The notes under the pieces are model-generated. The model was not told the origin of the DNA, ran no database searches, and worked only from the letters and a program-made list of their open reading frames with translations. From contig CT868585.1 of assembly GCA_000165425.1 (NCBI GenBank), forward strand, positions 248,001 through 312,000: 64,000 nt of DNA. The letters run 5' to 3'. This DNA comes from Paramecium tetraurelia (taxonomy: Eukaryota). Numbering within the stretch: the first letter of the stretch is position 1; every line of letters starts with the position of its first letter. Below, piece after piece: positions 28,350 through 42,669 of the stretch. A program made the translations under genes and the position numbers.

Positions 28350-29881
28350 TCAATCATAAAAATCTAATTCTTCATCATACTCTGTCATCTTAATGATTTC
28401 ATCAATAATCTACATATGTGTGTAATCACTTGTATTTCTTTAAATGTCTTAAATTATGGATTCACCCTAGTATTTTAAGAATTCCCCAACATATCGATCC
28501 GGGTAAATCACTAAAGAATTAAATTCTTAGTACTTTCTCCAGTTTATAGAACTGTTAATGCAATATACAAATAATCATCAATGTTAATAAGTTAGTTTTC
28601 ATTTTGATAGAATTCGCTGATCAGTTTTAAAATTGGAAATTCAATAATTGTTGATTCTTTGTATCGAGATTTTAATAGTTAAATTATTAGATTACAAGTA
28701 TTAGATGGAAATTCCTAGAATAGGTGGATAGGTTACTTATTATTCTTTATTAGCGTTTTGAACTTGAGTTACAATTTTTTCAAAACATTGATTTTGCTCA
28801 TTCAATACAAAATTATTGTCATTTTCAATAATTTATATCAATCCTTGATAAATTAATTTAATTATTGCTTTGTTGTGGCTAAGATTACTTGAAAGTGTAT
28901 TGGAATAGAAAGTCAATAGGTGATATTTTTCTAGAAGAAACTTCATATGATATAGGCTTTACTTTCATCAATTGCTTATTCTTTTCGATTATTACATTTA
29001 ACAATTTGAAGGCTTAAATAGCTAACTTATTAATTTCTTATGATTAAATCATATCATTGATAACAGATAAGGCTAAATCAATAATTTAATATTAATTAAA
29101 TTGATTAACAATTTCTAATTGGTTGATATGAATTGATCCTATAACTGCTCTCATGGTTTTAAATGATTATAATTGAAGAGCATCATCTCCTTTACATTGA
29201 GAGATTTTATCTATTATATCTAATACACATTCCATGTTTTGTTCTTTGTAATTATTAAAGAATAGATGAGCGATAATTCTGAGATAATTCATACTCAATT
29301 CTCTATGGCATCCATGAGTTGTGTAACTATAACAGATGTTAGTTAGTAGTTGTAAGCTTTAAGCTAGTCTTAAGGCTTCATCTGAATTCAATTCAACTAT
29401 AAAATTGCATACAATTTTAGTCAACTATTTAGCTTAAGAATAATATTGTTACATTTTCTTTTAATTCATCTGAACTGCCATTCAAGAGATTATTTAAATA
29501 AACTATTTAACTTTGATTTAACAATTATAACATCTATTCTCTTTTCATGTGATAGGTGAAATTAGTCAAAAACTTAGAACACTCCTAAGGGAAATATTAT
29601 AATAAATCAAAAGTGAGTTAAGCTCCAAGCCTATTTAGTAAAATAATATACAATAAATCATTAATAATTTAAGGATGGACTTCTATCTTGGATGATAAAT
29701 ATTAATCAAGGTTCACTACACATTGAGGAAGATTTTATTTAGATATCAATTGATCATAATCGACTTTTGGAAAATCCAAGGGGATTGATGATGTGAGATT
29801 AGTTCGTTTTTTTGTGAATAACTCTTCATTTTTTTCTTTTCTGATTTAAACTCTGAATTATTCCCTCTTTTCTCTTATCAT
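28350..29881 (-). CDS. Divergent importin-alpha-like (IBB motif plus helical/ARM-like region)
   Basis: N-terminus MIREKREQFRVQIRKEKNEELFTKKR matches the IBB pattern. Leu-rich helical body; acidic end EYDEELDFYD-TGA. Exon structure at 29400-29660 unresolved. Confidence 0.55.
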
Positions 29882-30649
29882 TAATTAATATAAATATATT
29901 AGTTAAACTGAAATAAACTTATTTAATTTGTCAAGTGATTAATTACTCGCAAATTACACTTTGTTTATTATTTTCATTCATTCTCATCTCAAAGGACTAA
30001 ATTCATAAATAACAATGAATTATTCATAATTTTACTTTATCTATTCTATAACAAATAAGAGCAAATTAAAAATATAATATATTTGTAAATCAATACATAA
30101 ACTTCATTAAAAAAGAGTTCTATTAAAATATGTTAACATTTAACTAACGAAAGGAATTAGATTATAAATTAATCTTTAATTCCAAACAAGATTTCAAAAA
30201 TATAAATAAATCTTCAAATTCACTCCCCATCCTCTATGTTATCATCCTGATTGTCTAATTTATCAATTCTATTTTATAAGCAGAAATATATTTCGAATTC
30301 TTTATTAATATTCTTTTATATTCCTAAGTAACGAGTCTATTTGCATAATTTTAATTATTAAATATACGTATTATCAGACACCAACTCTCATGATGCCATT
30401 GGCTCATGCAATGAATAACCCTATTCAAGTCTAATAAGCAGCTAAATTTGCAAACCTGATTTTCCACCAGCAGTATTTATTCATGAACAATCCTTAGATG
30501 TATCTTAATTTGCTCATATCAAATCCTATTATACCAAAATGTAGACCATATGATCCCATTTTGGATGTTGGAAGAAAAGTAAGTTGGATGCTAGATAAAT
30601 TTGAAGATGAATATGAGCAGATAGAATCTTAAATAAATAATTTTATCTA

Positions 30650-30870
30650 TTTTCTCAACTGCACCCATCTATTGATTTTAGCAGAAAATACTACCCCATA
30701 AATGCCTTGTCATATTGCTTAATAAATTCATAGTTCTCATTCACTACAAATGTTTAGCCTAATAATTGGCAAAATACTATAACTTCCACACTCAAAAACA
30801 TGTTTGTCTTTCTTGACTAGAATTTGAATTTTATAGGATGTTTATTATGATTTTATCTTATTTTTGACAT
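30650..30870 (-). pseudogene. 5' fragment of a MAP kinase gene
   Basis: KDKHVFECG/SQTFVVNENYEFIKQ, then shifted frame QGIYGVVFSAK. Aligns with the N-terminus of the MAPK at 61939. No downstream kinase motifs. Confidence 0.6.
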
Positions 30871-31178
30871 CTCGTATTAAGTAAAATGAAATGCTTCGAA
30901 TTAAAATAAAGTTAAAAGTCTATAGAAAATCATACTATAATTTACTAGTTCTAAAGTTTATATATTTGAATAAATTTAATTTTAATTATGATTAGATTTT
31001 GATATTTAAATGGTTTACTCTAAGACCCTCGCTTTATATATAATAAAAAATATTTGATTGACTTTCCCTTTGGGCACTATGATGTTTTTCATAATTTTCT
31101 TAAATTGAATTATCTTGAGTACCTTTAACGTCGATGAAGTGTAGAAATTAATATAAGATTTTAAACATACTAATATTA

Positions 31179-31700
31179 TCAATTAGAACTATATATTGTA
31201 GCTAACCAGCTTAAACCTTCATACTATTCCTCTCCAACCTTAGCCGAGCACGGTTATATATAAAATTTTCTTTCATTATGTTGAAGCTCCAAAAACTGCT
31301 TTAATTCCTCAATAATAAATCTAGCAATATCTAGTTTATTAGCTTAAACCAATAAGGGAGAACCTTTTGTTTCATTTCATTAAGAAATCTCATTAATTCT
31401 TTTTTTTTCTTCTGCCAATCGTTCGGATCAGATTAATCTATGATAAAATGATTCCTGTGCATCCTATACATTCATGTATTAATTCCACAGTAGCCTTATT
31501 TTATCTACACCTCCTATATCAAAGAATGTAAATTAAATATTTGTATAATCGATTGTTTCAATATTAAATCCGATGGTTGGGATAGTGGATTTTAACTCCT
31601 CCTATAATTTTAGTCTATGCAGTATAGATGTTTTCCCAACTCCATCTAATCCGATCATTATTACTCTAATCTACTTGTCTTAGAATAAACATGAAAACAT
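31179..31700 (-). pseudogene. Arf-family GTPase pseudogene
   Basis: MIGLDGVGKTSIL, TIPTIGFNIETI, FDIGGVDKIRLLW, then several frame changes at 31360-31480 before LLVQANKLD, QPCSAKVG and GLSWL. Confidence 0.8.
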
Positions 31701-31991
31701 TTTTATATTGATCCTCAATAATTATAAGTATTATAAGTATTCATAAAACTATGAAGTGATTTACAATTTAGTAAATTCTTTGTAGGAATAATTAATAATA
31801 ATATAAGCATGTAATATAAATTACGTTAAAAAAGTTATTGATTGTTAAACCAAATCTAAAAAAGTAGTAGAATTTAATTAACTAAATTGAAAAATTATCA
31901 AAATTTATCAGAAATGAAATTTGGGTAATAAATTTAATGTTTTAAAGCTCTTTTATTTCCCAATATCAAATTCATAAATAATTATAACAAT

Positions 31992-32522
31992 ATGTCATAA
32001 TTCAGAATTTAGGATATATTTTTGCAAGAGTCTTACTCTCAGTAATTTTTCCTTGAAGAGAGTTATAATTATTGTCAATACTATCCTGTTGACAATTAGA
32101 TAAATGAAGACGAAAAAAAAAAAAATGAGGAAAACAGATGGACTGAGAAAATACTCCCCCCTCTTAAAAAATCAAATCCCAAAATTTCCAATAAAATAGC
32201 AAAAGATAAAAAAAAGGAGACTTATATGCTTCCAGGGGAGAGCAAAAACATCCCAAAAAATTTCACCAGAGCATTAAAAAATTTTATACTCAATCACTTT
32301 GATTCTAGTGTATAAAAAAATCCTTAAATTAAGAAGTTCTTAGCTACAAAACCAGAAAAGGCTTGCAAATAAACCTTACAGAATTCTTTGTAAAGTTGTT
32401 AATAACTCAAACAAATTGCTAAGATCTTCTTTGGAGACTTAAAATGGGGAACTATATTTTTAGAAGAAAACAAGGTTGACCTAGAACCATATTTCAGATT
32501 CAATTAGATTTGGCTCGGGTGA
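31992..32522 (+). CDS. Ciliate-specific KNIPKN-motif protein
   Basis: Intronless 176-aa ORF (531 nt) containing PGESKNIPKNFTRALKNFI. Confidence 0.65.
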
Positions 32523-33520
32523 AAAAACTGATCTTTTATTATCTATTTATAAAAAAAAGTTCAAATTTAGTAGTATAAAAAAAAATTCTACAATCCAAAA
32601 ATTCTTTTTTAAAATCTTAAAAAATTCTTTCTTAATAATCTTATATAATTCTATTAACCATAATTTTAAATGGAATTCTCATTGTTAATTATAGAAATTA
32701 ACATGAATCATGCATCAGACAATTCAGCATATAAGATGCTGTTAAATAGCATATTGGATCATCAGATATAATACCTTGCACCTAATATTTAGATATTTTT
32801 TCTTTAAATTTTTTCTTAAGTAAAAAATAGCATTTACAAATTTATTATAAGAATTTACTTAATCTGAATCAAAAAATTATCTTACTATATTCATAAAATG
32901 TTTAACTTAATATATGAATAAATTAAATTATTATTTATTCTGAATCAAATTTATTTTCTAAATCTGAAATATCTCATTCCTTAGAACATTGAAAATGTTT
33001 CTTATTAAGACTCTAAGCCATACAAGAAAAGTTCAATAATATCCTTAAGGAAAATTTCAACCTGATAATTAGTTCATGATAAATTAAAGATTATAAAAAT
33101 GAAATTATACTCTTGTTAGTTTCTAGATATAATAACACCTAAAAAAGGGCTTTAAGTTCAAGAGAATTCTAGAAAGATAGATAATATTAAGAATAAAATA
33201 AAAGTTGGAGCTATGATAGAAGAAATAATATTAAAACACAAAAGTATATTGCTAAGTGTAAAGAGAATGGCATTTGTATTACATGATAGTGTTATTGCTT
33301 GCAGAAAATGAACTCTAAGAAAAGAAGATCAAAAAAATAATAGATAAATCAAAGTATAAAGTATAAAGAATTAATAATTATTTTTTCAAAGCCTTAATGG
33401 TAATTATTTATTTTTATATATTATATTCTTAGTTAATATATTATGTGATGATTATTGAAGATCTTAAAAATTAAAGATAGATAAATATATATTCTGATAT
33501 TTATGTTTAATTCATAGTAA

Positions 33521-36500
33521 TCATTTGCTCTTTGAAACTATCAGTTCCTTTTTCTTGCATATTAATCTCAAAGCCAATTAGATTTTCAGGAATAGTTGTT
33601 TTGCAAAAACTATTCCAAGACTCATAATCAAAAATGCCATCTGAATAAAGCCTAAAGTAACTTTTTTCTCATAAGAGAAATAATCCAAATCAATATCAAT
33701 ATATAAAAATAAACTTAGACTAAATAGTGTTAAAATACCTTCAATTATTAATAATAAAATCCTATCCAAATGAGAACATGATTTATATTTGTATATGATA
33801 ATGCACTGAGTTACACTACTGATAGATATTAGTAAGCATTGCAAAATTTATTATTCTTAGAAAAGTATTAATAAGATATGGAATATCATAGTTCTGGAAA
33901 CATCTAGGGCAACAAATTTTATTTTTAGGTTTGCTATTTAATTTTTTTCCTTAGCATCGTTGCAAATGCTAAAGAGTTTTAATAACAAGTTTATATATGA
34001 GAAGAATATTAAGCCTGCAAAAGAAGTGCTTAAGATGCTTCTCAAATTGTTGATTTCATGATAATGAAGCTACAAAATCATTTTAAATATCAAATCCCAT
34101 GAGTTAATGTAAATAAGTTGAATTACTTAATCATAATACTATAGATATTTCGTTTTGATTGATTATCTGATGCAATTTTAAAAAACAAGTATTGAATTAA
34201 TCATTGCAATTTTAATCTTTGAGAAATAGGTTTCTTGTTATTAAAGATATTCCTTCTATAAACTTAATCTAAATAATATAAAATAAAGTTTCTCTGCAAA
34301 ATAAATAAGTGTTACAAATCCTATAAATTAAATTAATTATGGTAAAATATTGGTAAAAAGATCGGCTTCTATCTTATATTATTAGAATTTTCCATTTAGA
34401 TCAATTTATTTTTCCTTTCTTGTTATTAAATTTAAATAATCGTCAATTTAGAAATATTGAAGATAAGATGATACAGATAGCAATTCTTATGCTTAAAAAT
34501 ATACATTGAGGTTTTCAGGGTAGTCAACATTAATATATCTTAAAAAAGATTGATATTACAAAAGATTCAAGGTTTCAACAACAAAAGAGCTTTCTCCAGA
34601 AACTAAAGAAATTGCACAAATAGATATTGCTCCAATCAAAAATGCTTTATTGGATTATTAAGCATAAACAGTTACTTATTTTATTTATTTTGAGATTATT
34701 TTTGGCGTTTGTAGAGTAATTGACTAATTAAACGAATAAAGTGCTTAATCGTTTGAGTTAACAACTTCTTGATTCAACTAAACTAGAAGAAGTGGTTTTG
34801 TTTAAAGTTGTAAAAATAATTCAATTTAAACCGAATACGAAGCATTTTGAAGATCAAATGAGATATCTTAAATTGAATTGATCGTTATATTATAATACTG
34901 GGAATCTAAATCTTCTATGCTTAGATCAAATAGATTTCTGTCTTTTTCAATCTAATCTCTAAATTTGACCTGTTAATCAAATGTAATTTCAACATACTAA
35001 AGAGCAAACGATTGCTATTTATAAATAAGTACCATATTCGGTTTTAAAGAGTAAGCGCATTCATTTTCACGACATATTAAATTTTCACTTAATGATGAAA
35101 TTTCTAGATTTTAACCTTAGCTACTTGTATAGTAACTACTTGCATTGTTACTGCCTTTATTGTTACCACCTTTATTGTTACCACTTGTATTGTTACTACT
35201 TGTAAAGTTACTAGTCTTATCATTATTTTTGACTTCGTTGTTAATGCTAGAATTAATTTGGTCAGATTCTTTATTCAAAACACATTGGTTATTATCTAAG
35301 GTATAATCTTTATCGCATTCAAAGCATATACCATCTTTGCATACTTGGCAACTTTTTGTACATTAAAATTTGCATTCATAACATCCATCAAAAGGAAAAT
35401 TATTTTCATCATCACAATATTCATTGCCTGCAACAATACCATCCCCACATTATGGCAAGCAATCATTACTTTCTTTATCATAATATAATCCAATTACATC
35501 TTCACATGACTTTAGATATTGACAAAAATTAGTTGATTCTTGAAGTATTGTAGGTGGTTCACATTATAGACACTTTCCTAATGAGCAATCTAAACATTCA
35601 ACTTGACATTAATATTTACACTAGAAACAACCATCGTATTCCAATAAATTGCCATCATCACAAACTTCATCACTTGCCAGTATTTAATCACCACAATCAG
35701 AATTGCATGAATTACTTACAACATCCAAATAGAACCCTGAAAAACAATTAGTACAAATGCCATAAGCGCATGACTAACAATATTGAGGACATTGGTGTGA
35801 ACAATTTAAACATCTATCTAATTAGTATTCACGTCCATCATCACATTCCTCCTATTAAACTATTATACCATCTCCACATTTAGGCGTACATTTGTTTCCA
35901 TAATATCCAAATTCACATTCTAAACATTTGGAAAGTACACATTCTTTACAATGTTTAAAGCATTTGTTCATATTATAATCAATTATACAAGTGCTGGTAA
36001 TCTAATCAAGATATCCAAATTAACAATGAATACATTAGTTATTATTTAACAATTGACAATTTAGTTGTTCATAATTTTTAAGTAAGGGTTGGATTGGTTT
36101 ACATAAATTATTTAATTAATCAAATTCATAATCATTTTAACAAATTTGACATATTCCATACAAACAACTTTCACAGTTTTGAGAACATTCATATTTACAT
36201 AAAAAGCACCCATCAAAACTAATCTAATTTCCGTCATCACATTCTTCATTTCCAACAACAATTAAATCTCCACAAATCGGATCACAAAAGTATGAATCTA
36301 ATTTCCACCCTTCTTTGCACTCTAAACAAACACCTTCAATGCAACGTGCACAATTAACATCACAAGTTTATTCACAATAATTGTTACAATCATCATCATT
36401 AAATAGATTTTGATCATCACACTATTCCATATCTTCTACTTTGCCATTTCCACAATATGAAGTACAACTGAAATCATACTCACAGTCAATTTTGATACAA

Positions 36501-39500
36501 ATAAAATATTCATTCAAGAAATAACCACTACTGCATAATTAACATGCTCCTTAGATACAATTAAGACAAATGTTTTAACATTTTGATAAGCATTTATTTT
36601 CAACTAAAATAAATTCTTAAGAACATTGAAGCATTCACCATATATACATTAAGTACAATCATCATCACATTCATATTTGCATTAATAGCAACCATCAAAT
36701 TTTTCTATGTTTTAATCATCACATTCTTCCCATCCAGTTATATATCCGTCACCACATGAAGATTGACAAATTTATAAATCGTAATTTAACTAAAAACCTA
36801 TTTAACATTACTAGATTAAAAAGCATCTATTCTAATTAAGTTCAAATTGTTCTGCACATTAATAACATTTACCATTATAACAATGAATACAGCTTACTGA
36901 ACACTTAGGAATACAGTCACCATACTCATTTAGCTGATATTCATCCTTACAAACTAAACAATTTCCATTTAAGTTAAATTAACATTCTCCAAACAAATCA
37001 ATTTGTTTGTGTTAACCATAACAAAATCCATCCCTAAGTAAAAAATGTTGATCACATTATTAACATATCCCTTTTAAACAATTTATACATTATTAACTAC
37101 AAGAATATTTACAATTGTAACAACCATCAAATTCTATATAATTATTATCTTCACAGTCTTCATCTTGAACTATAATTCCATCTCCACACTAAGATTCACA
37201 TGCATGCCTATATAAATTAAAATAAAAGCCATATTCACATTAAAAGCATTGATCTTTAAAATGTAGTTCACATAATTTTGGAGCAACATACATGCAACTT
37301 AAACAATTTTTATCATAAATTTCACATTGTTCATCATGTGCGAGTATTCCATCTCCACAATATGAAATACAAGTAAAGTTTTTATCTAAATAATAGCCAT
37401 TTTGACAATCTATACAACTATTTTAATTACAAGTTGCACAGTAATCAAAACAATAACTGCAATATAAATTAGGAGATAATTTAAGTTAATATTGACAGAA
37501 ACTTAAGGGTGCAACTTTTAAATTGCACTTCTACTCTGTTTTTTCAAAGTATGCATATTTTGAACATTTAATACAATAGTTCCCAATTTGGATATCACAG
37601 TTTTCAATTATCATAAGATTATATTATAGAGACTTAACACAATACACTTTGTCTAAGGATAACTCATATCCGTCTTTGCATTGTTAACACACACCGAATT
37701 AACACTAGAAGCAATTGAAATCACATCTAAATTCACAAGATTAACAATTTTTATAAATCTGCAACGAAGTAATTATATCACATTGCTCTTTATATTTCTA
37801 AAGACCATCCCCGCATATTGAGTAACATTTAGATTATATTAATTGATAACCTTCTTAACAATCATAACAGATTCCTTTTAGACAATTAAGACATGAATCC
37901 TGGCAACTAAATTGACAGAAATGACATCCATCTCCATAAATTAAATTGCCATCATCACATTATTCATCTTAGGTTATTATTTTATTGCCGCAATTTGAAT
38001 AACATAAATTATCAATTCTATTATAACCTGGTTGACATACTAGACAACCAAGCCCAGTAGTATCACAAGTAAGGCAAGAATTTTGACATTTTGCTTAACA
38101 ATTTTAACAACCTTTATATGGTAATATAAATGAATGCTCACATTGTTCACCAACCACACTTAAAAAATCTCCACAAATTGGTATACATAATTTTTAATTA
38201 GAAAGATAATATCCAGTGGCGCATATTTCACATCTGTTACTTATGCAACTTGTGCAAATACTTGTTGGCTAACACTAAAAGGAACAAGAGCTACTGCAGC
38301 CATCCTAATTAATTGTATTACCATCATCACATTACTCTGTATTGAATCCATAAGGATCTACTACGACTATGCCATCTCCACATACATTTTTACAATAGTA
38401 AGAGTTAGGAACAAATCCAGGCAATTAACAACTTAAGCATTTGTTGGATGTATAATCACAAGACGCACAATCAATTCTACAGAAATACTTACAATCTTTA
38501 CACCCATCAGTATCAGAAGTGTTTCCATCATCGCATTATTCGTTCCCAACTATTAGAAAATCTCCACATTTTTCTTTGCATTACCAAGGACTAACAGTTG
38601 GATCAATATAGAAACCAACAGTTGCACATTCAAAGCATTGTCCTTTTATACACTTTGTACAATAAGGCTAACATTAATATTGGCAATTATAGCAACCGTC
38701 ATATTAAATAGTATTTCCATCCTCACATTGTTCAATTCCTGTAATAATTCCATCCCCACAAACATCAGGACAAGGCAATGTAGTTGATTAAACACAAGTT
38801 AAGCAATGGGCTGGACATTAAAATTAACAATTAAAGCATAAATCATTAAGAATTGTATTATTATCTTCACATTATTCATGCCCTTTTATTTATCCATCTC
38901 CGCAAATGGGTTGACATTCTCCAGACACTAATTGAAACCCAGTATCACAAGAACTACAAGTAATAGTATGCCATAATTATAAATTATTATTACATAATTT
39001 ATAACATTGACTAAGAGAGGAATCTTCTGTTATTGGACAATCTATAATATGATAATTAATTATACTTGTACAACTATTATTTAATTCATAATACCCAGGT
39101 GCACAAACACATTTTAATCCTTTTAATTTTCTATTTAAAGTGGAATCACATGTTAAACAGCCATCAATTGTCAATCTAAAGCAAGTTAAGCAAGATGAAT
39201 GACAAGACATGCAAGCTTGTGTAGCATCTTAATAAGATTTCCCTGCTGGACATCTACACGTTGATCCTACTTTTTCAATATTCGCAATATTATTGCATGT
39301 TACACAGTCATCAGAAGTTGGTCCAATACAAGTTTTACAAAATTAATGACATAACTTACATTAAGGATTAGATGCAATTTGATAATATCCATCAATACAT
39401 TTACATTGCCCATTTGATAATTGTCTATAATTTGTAATTAAACATTCTATACATTAAGTAGAAGTCAAGCATTAATTACATTCAACTGGACAATCAAAAC

Positions 39501-41724
39501 ATTAATTTGATTCTTCATATTAATGTATTGTGCAAGTACATCCTAATTTAGATTAAGTATAGGTTGATTAACATGTTTAACAATCTAATTTTGATGTGCA
39601 TGTTAAACAAGATTATGGGCAATCTAAACATTTCACAGATTCTTTATCATAATATTGGTTATTCAAACACTCTGCTTAAGAAAATTTAATGATACTAGAA
39701 TCATATGTACTGTTCCACAAAGTACAGGTAGATTAATCTGAACACTATAAACAATACGGTTTGCAATTATGAATAACAATAATATAATTGTAAAATCCAC
39801 AATATGCCATAATTGGTTCATTATTTGGTCCAAAGCATTCCCAAGAGATTGTTAATGTATTTGTGTTATGAGTGATTTTTTCATAAACTTTATCCTCTTT
39901 TGAGCCATCAGGATAAGTTTTAAAATAACTTGTAGTTGATTTAGAAACAGGTGTATTATTCTCAATTTGATATATAAAACTCCCATCTGTTGGGAATGAC
40001 GGTCCATATACAATGTAAAATGCAATAGTAACACTATGATGGGGGGTTATTATATTATGAATCCTTTAGAATTTAGCCTACGCCCATACAAAAGGTCCTC
40101 CAAAGACTCTATTTCCATACCAATATGAAAAATAGATATCTGATCCTTTTAAAAAGTTTGATCCACTTTGAGAGATTAAAGAATATTATGCATATTAACA
40201 TGGGTCACCTGTCCGATCAATATATTCCTTAACCAAAAATTCAGAGTCTATTTCTAAGATTATATAGTACAGGGTGTTTCTTCATCATAGTCTTAGCAAT
40301 ATGAGCCAACTAGTTTCTAATATGAAAATGAGCACCCCCATATGCATTTACCGTCTCGATAAAAATAATATCCACCAGAACAAGACTTGCATTTAAAAGA
40401 TACTTCACACAATTTACAATTTTCTGGACAATATCCTGAAGTAATTTAGATTTTCATAATTCCCCATCCTGCTGTGCTATCTCTAAGTTAGAAGAATGAT
40501 ATTTACGTATAATTTCCTATTGCTGAAAATAAAAATGTATTATTTGGAATATCAACATATAAAATCAATTTATATCCTATACTTTACGAATAGGTTAAAT
40601 ACGATCCAAGATCTTATGTTGAAGAGATTTTTAATTTATTGGTTTGCAATCCAGAGCCATTTCTATAAATAGATCCATAATAAGTATTATTAATCTTAAA
40701 CTATATTCCACAATTAACTGGAATATGATTATAAACTATAATTGAAATTTCCAATCCAATCAAATAGGTGGATTAAAAAGTAGGTGTTATACTGATATAT
40801 CTATAAATTCCTGAATTAAACTTAAATATTCCAAATGCTTTATAATTATTTTCAATAATAGTTGGAGTTAAATCTAAATATTGTTGATCATATATCAAAT
40901 ACCAATTCGAATTTTCAGTTTTATAATCTGAGTTTTTAATTTCAGCCTCCCTTATTAAATATGCTAAGTTATATTAATTAACAATAATTACTTTTATAAC
41001 TTTAACAAAATCCATTGGAATAGAATGGGGAATCTATATCGCAAATATCCCTGCATCCTATATTCCTCTAATAGTATTAATTTGATGGGCAAGGTGGACA
41101 AATGTCGTCTGCTGGAACCCCATAATAGCAGCCGGTACATTAATTGTATTTAGGTCCTATGCATGAAGAGCAGGATGGGTAGCACTTTAGTTAAGAGACA
41201 TGCAAATTTTTAAGCGAAACCATTCCATTATTTAAATTTGTGGATGTAAATTTAATTTATTATCTAGTTGTACTTAATGCTAGTGTAAAGTTCAACGTTT
41301 TAACTTCAAAAGGAGCAGTGTCGCAAAATCCAGTTGCCATTGTATAAGTAGTAGGGGATGTGTAAGTATATGAATATGAAAACGATCCTACAGCAACATT
41401 AACCATTTCAGAAGACCATGTACCCTGAAAATATAAATCTATAGATATCCAATCTCTATTCGTTTATGCGAAGGTATATTAAGTCTTAGCAGATGGATTT
41501 AATTGAGTAAGAGTTATATAGTCAGTAAATGGAGCGGCACAACTGATAAATTGAGGAGTTCCTGAATCTGAAGACCTTATAAAACCTCCTGAATACAGGT
41601 ATGCCATTGAGTCATAGCGTTCAGTAAATTGTGTATCGTAGAATAATAAGCTTGAATAGACTTGATATTAGGAACTAGAAATATCAAACAAAGTGAAAAG
41701 GATTTAGATAATAGAAATAGACAT
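33521..41724 (-). CDS. Giant cysteine-rich membrane/surface protein (furin-like/IGFBP-like CxxC repeats plus CGDG..EQCDDGN..DGC repeats, C-terminal multi-pass TM); contains one apparent 1-nt frameshift
   Basis: Signal-peptide-like start. Dozens of CHSSCLTC-type and CGDGII-x-E-x-C-D-DGN-x4-DGC repeats. Hydrophobic C-terminus. Few introns (e.g. 40248-40270). Frame break at ~36630. Confidence 0.85.
35121..35220. repeat. Imperfect 15-bp tandem repeat (about 6 units) inside the Cys-rich gene
   Basis: ttgttactgccttta ttgttaccaccttta ttgttaccacttgta ttgttactacttgta aagttactagtctta; encodes (S/G)NN(K/T)(G/S) pentapeptides. Confidence 0.8.
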
Positions 41725-42669
41725 AATTAAATAATTAAATATACAAAATATTAAAGAAATATATTATAAAAAATTAAAAAAATTTTTGTTACAAAATATT
41801 TCATTATAAAATAAAACAAAGAAATAAGATGTTGAAAATATGATTCGATTTACCTGTTGGAACTTACATTATTAAATAAAACACAAAGCAAAGGATTTGA
41901 TAAACAGAATAATTATTTTCTTAATTTGTCTTATATAATCATTAGAAAAAGAATTAATCTAATTTAATAATTCTTTTTTGCTTAATAATTTCATGTCGCT
42001 ATTTCGTTTTGTTCAATTATAATTATCCTTTATAGTTATTCTTTCCTTCAATTGTGATAGGATTTATTCTTCATATCCCAAGTATAGGAGAACACTATGA
42101 GTTAACCAGTTGTAGAGCTTAAAATTTAATTGATAATACAGCCCCATGATATAAATTTGATTTCACGATTTGTTTTAACTTTGAGTAACTTTGAATAAAT
42201 AAAGTTGTAAGTTATAAAGTGTTTAACTCTAATTCAGTTGATTTATTTGCTAACCACACTCGTGCATCTACAGCTTTGTCATCTCCTGCTTTATACGAGC
42301 TATTGATGGGACCATTAAACGGTTTAAACATCATCTGTTTTTAATATTAAATTAGGTAGTCAAAAATTAAAGAATTGATTTTATTATACTACTTTATTTA
42401 TTTTAGTTAAGAATTCTTAATTTTATAGTTAAGACTATTATAATAAAAGGTGAAAATTATTAGATTAGTTTAAATTGAAAGAAAAAAAAATTGAGAAAAT
42501 CATTAATTAACAGTTTTAGTGGGTATTTTATATAAAAAATTAATTCCGTATTATTTAATTACGATTTTGTTATTGAACAATAATTAATTTAAATTTAATT
42601 ATGATGAAATGCTTTATTACGCATTATTTCACTATATATAAATTCTGAATAGTGTTTACAATTTTAATT

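Noticed and set aside
32705..32775. Box C/D snoRNA-like TGATGA...CTGA on the minus strand with a small hairpin
   Set aside because: Short, no terminal stem or identifiable guide; could equally be a coding relic.
40248..40270. Apparent frameshift in the giant Cys-rich gene
   Set aside because: Explained by a 23-nt GT..AG intron that restores ETPYSEFLVKEY.
42060..42340. WD40-like fragment (AGDDKAV..VW) on the minus strand
   Set aside because: Too degenerate to assign; possibly a pseudogene remnant.
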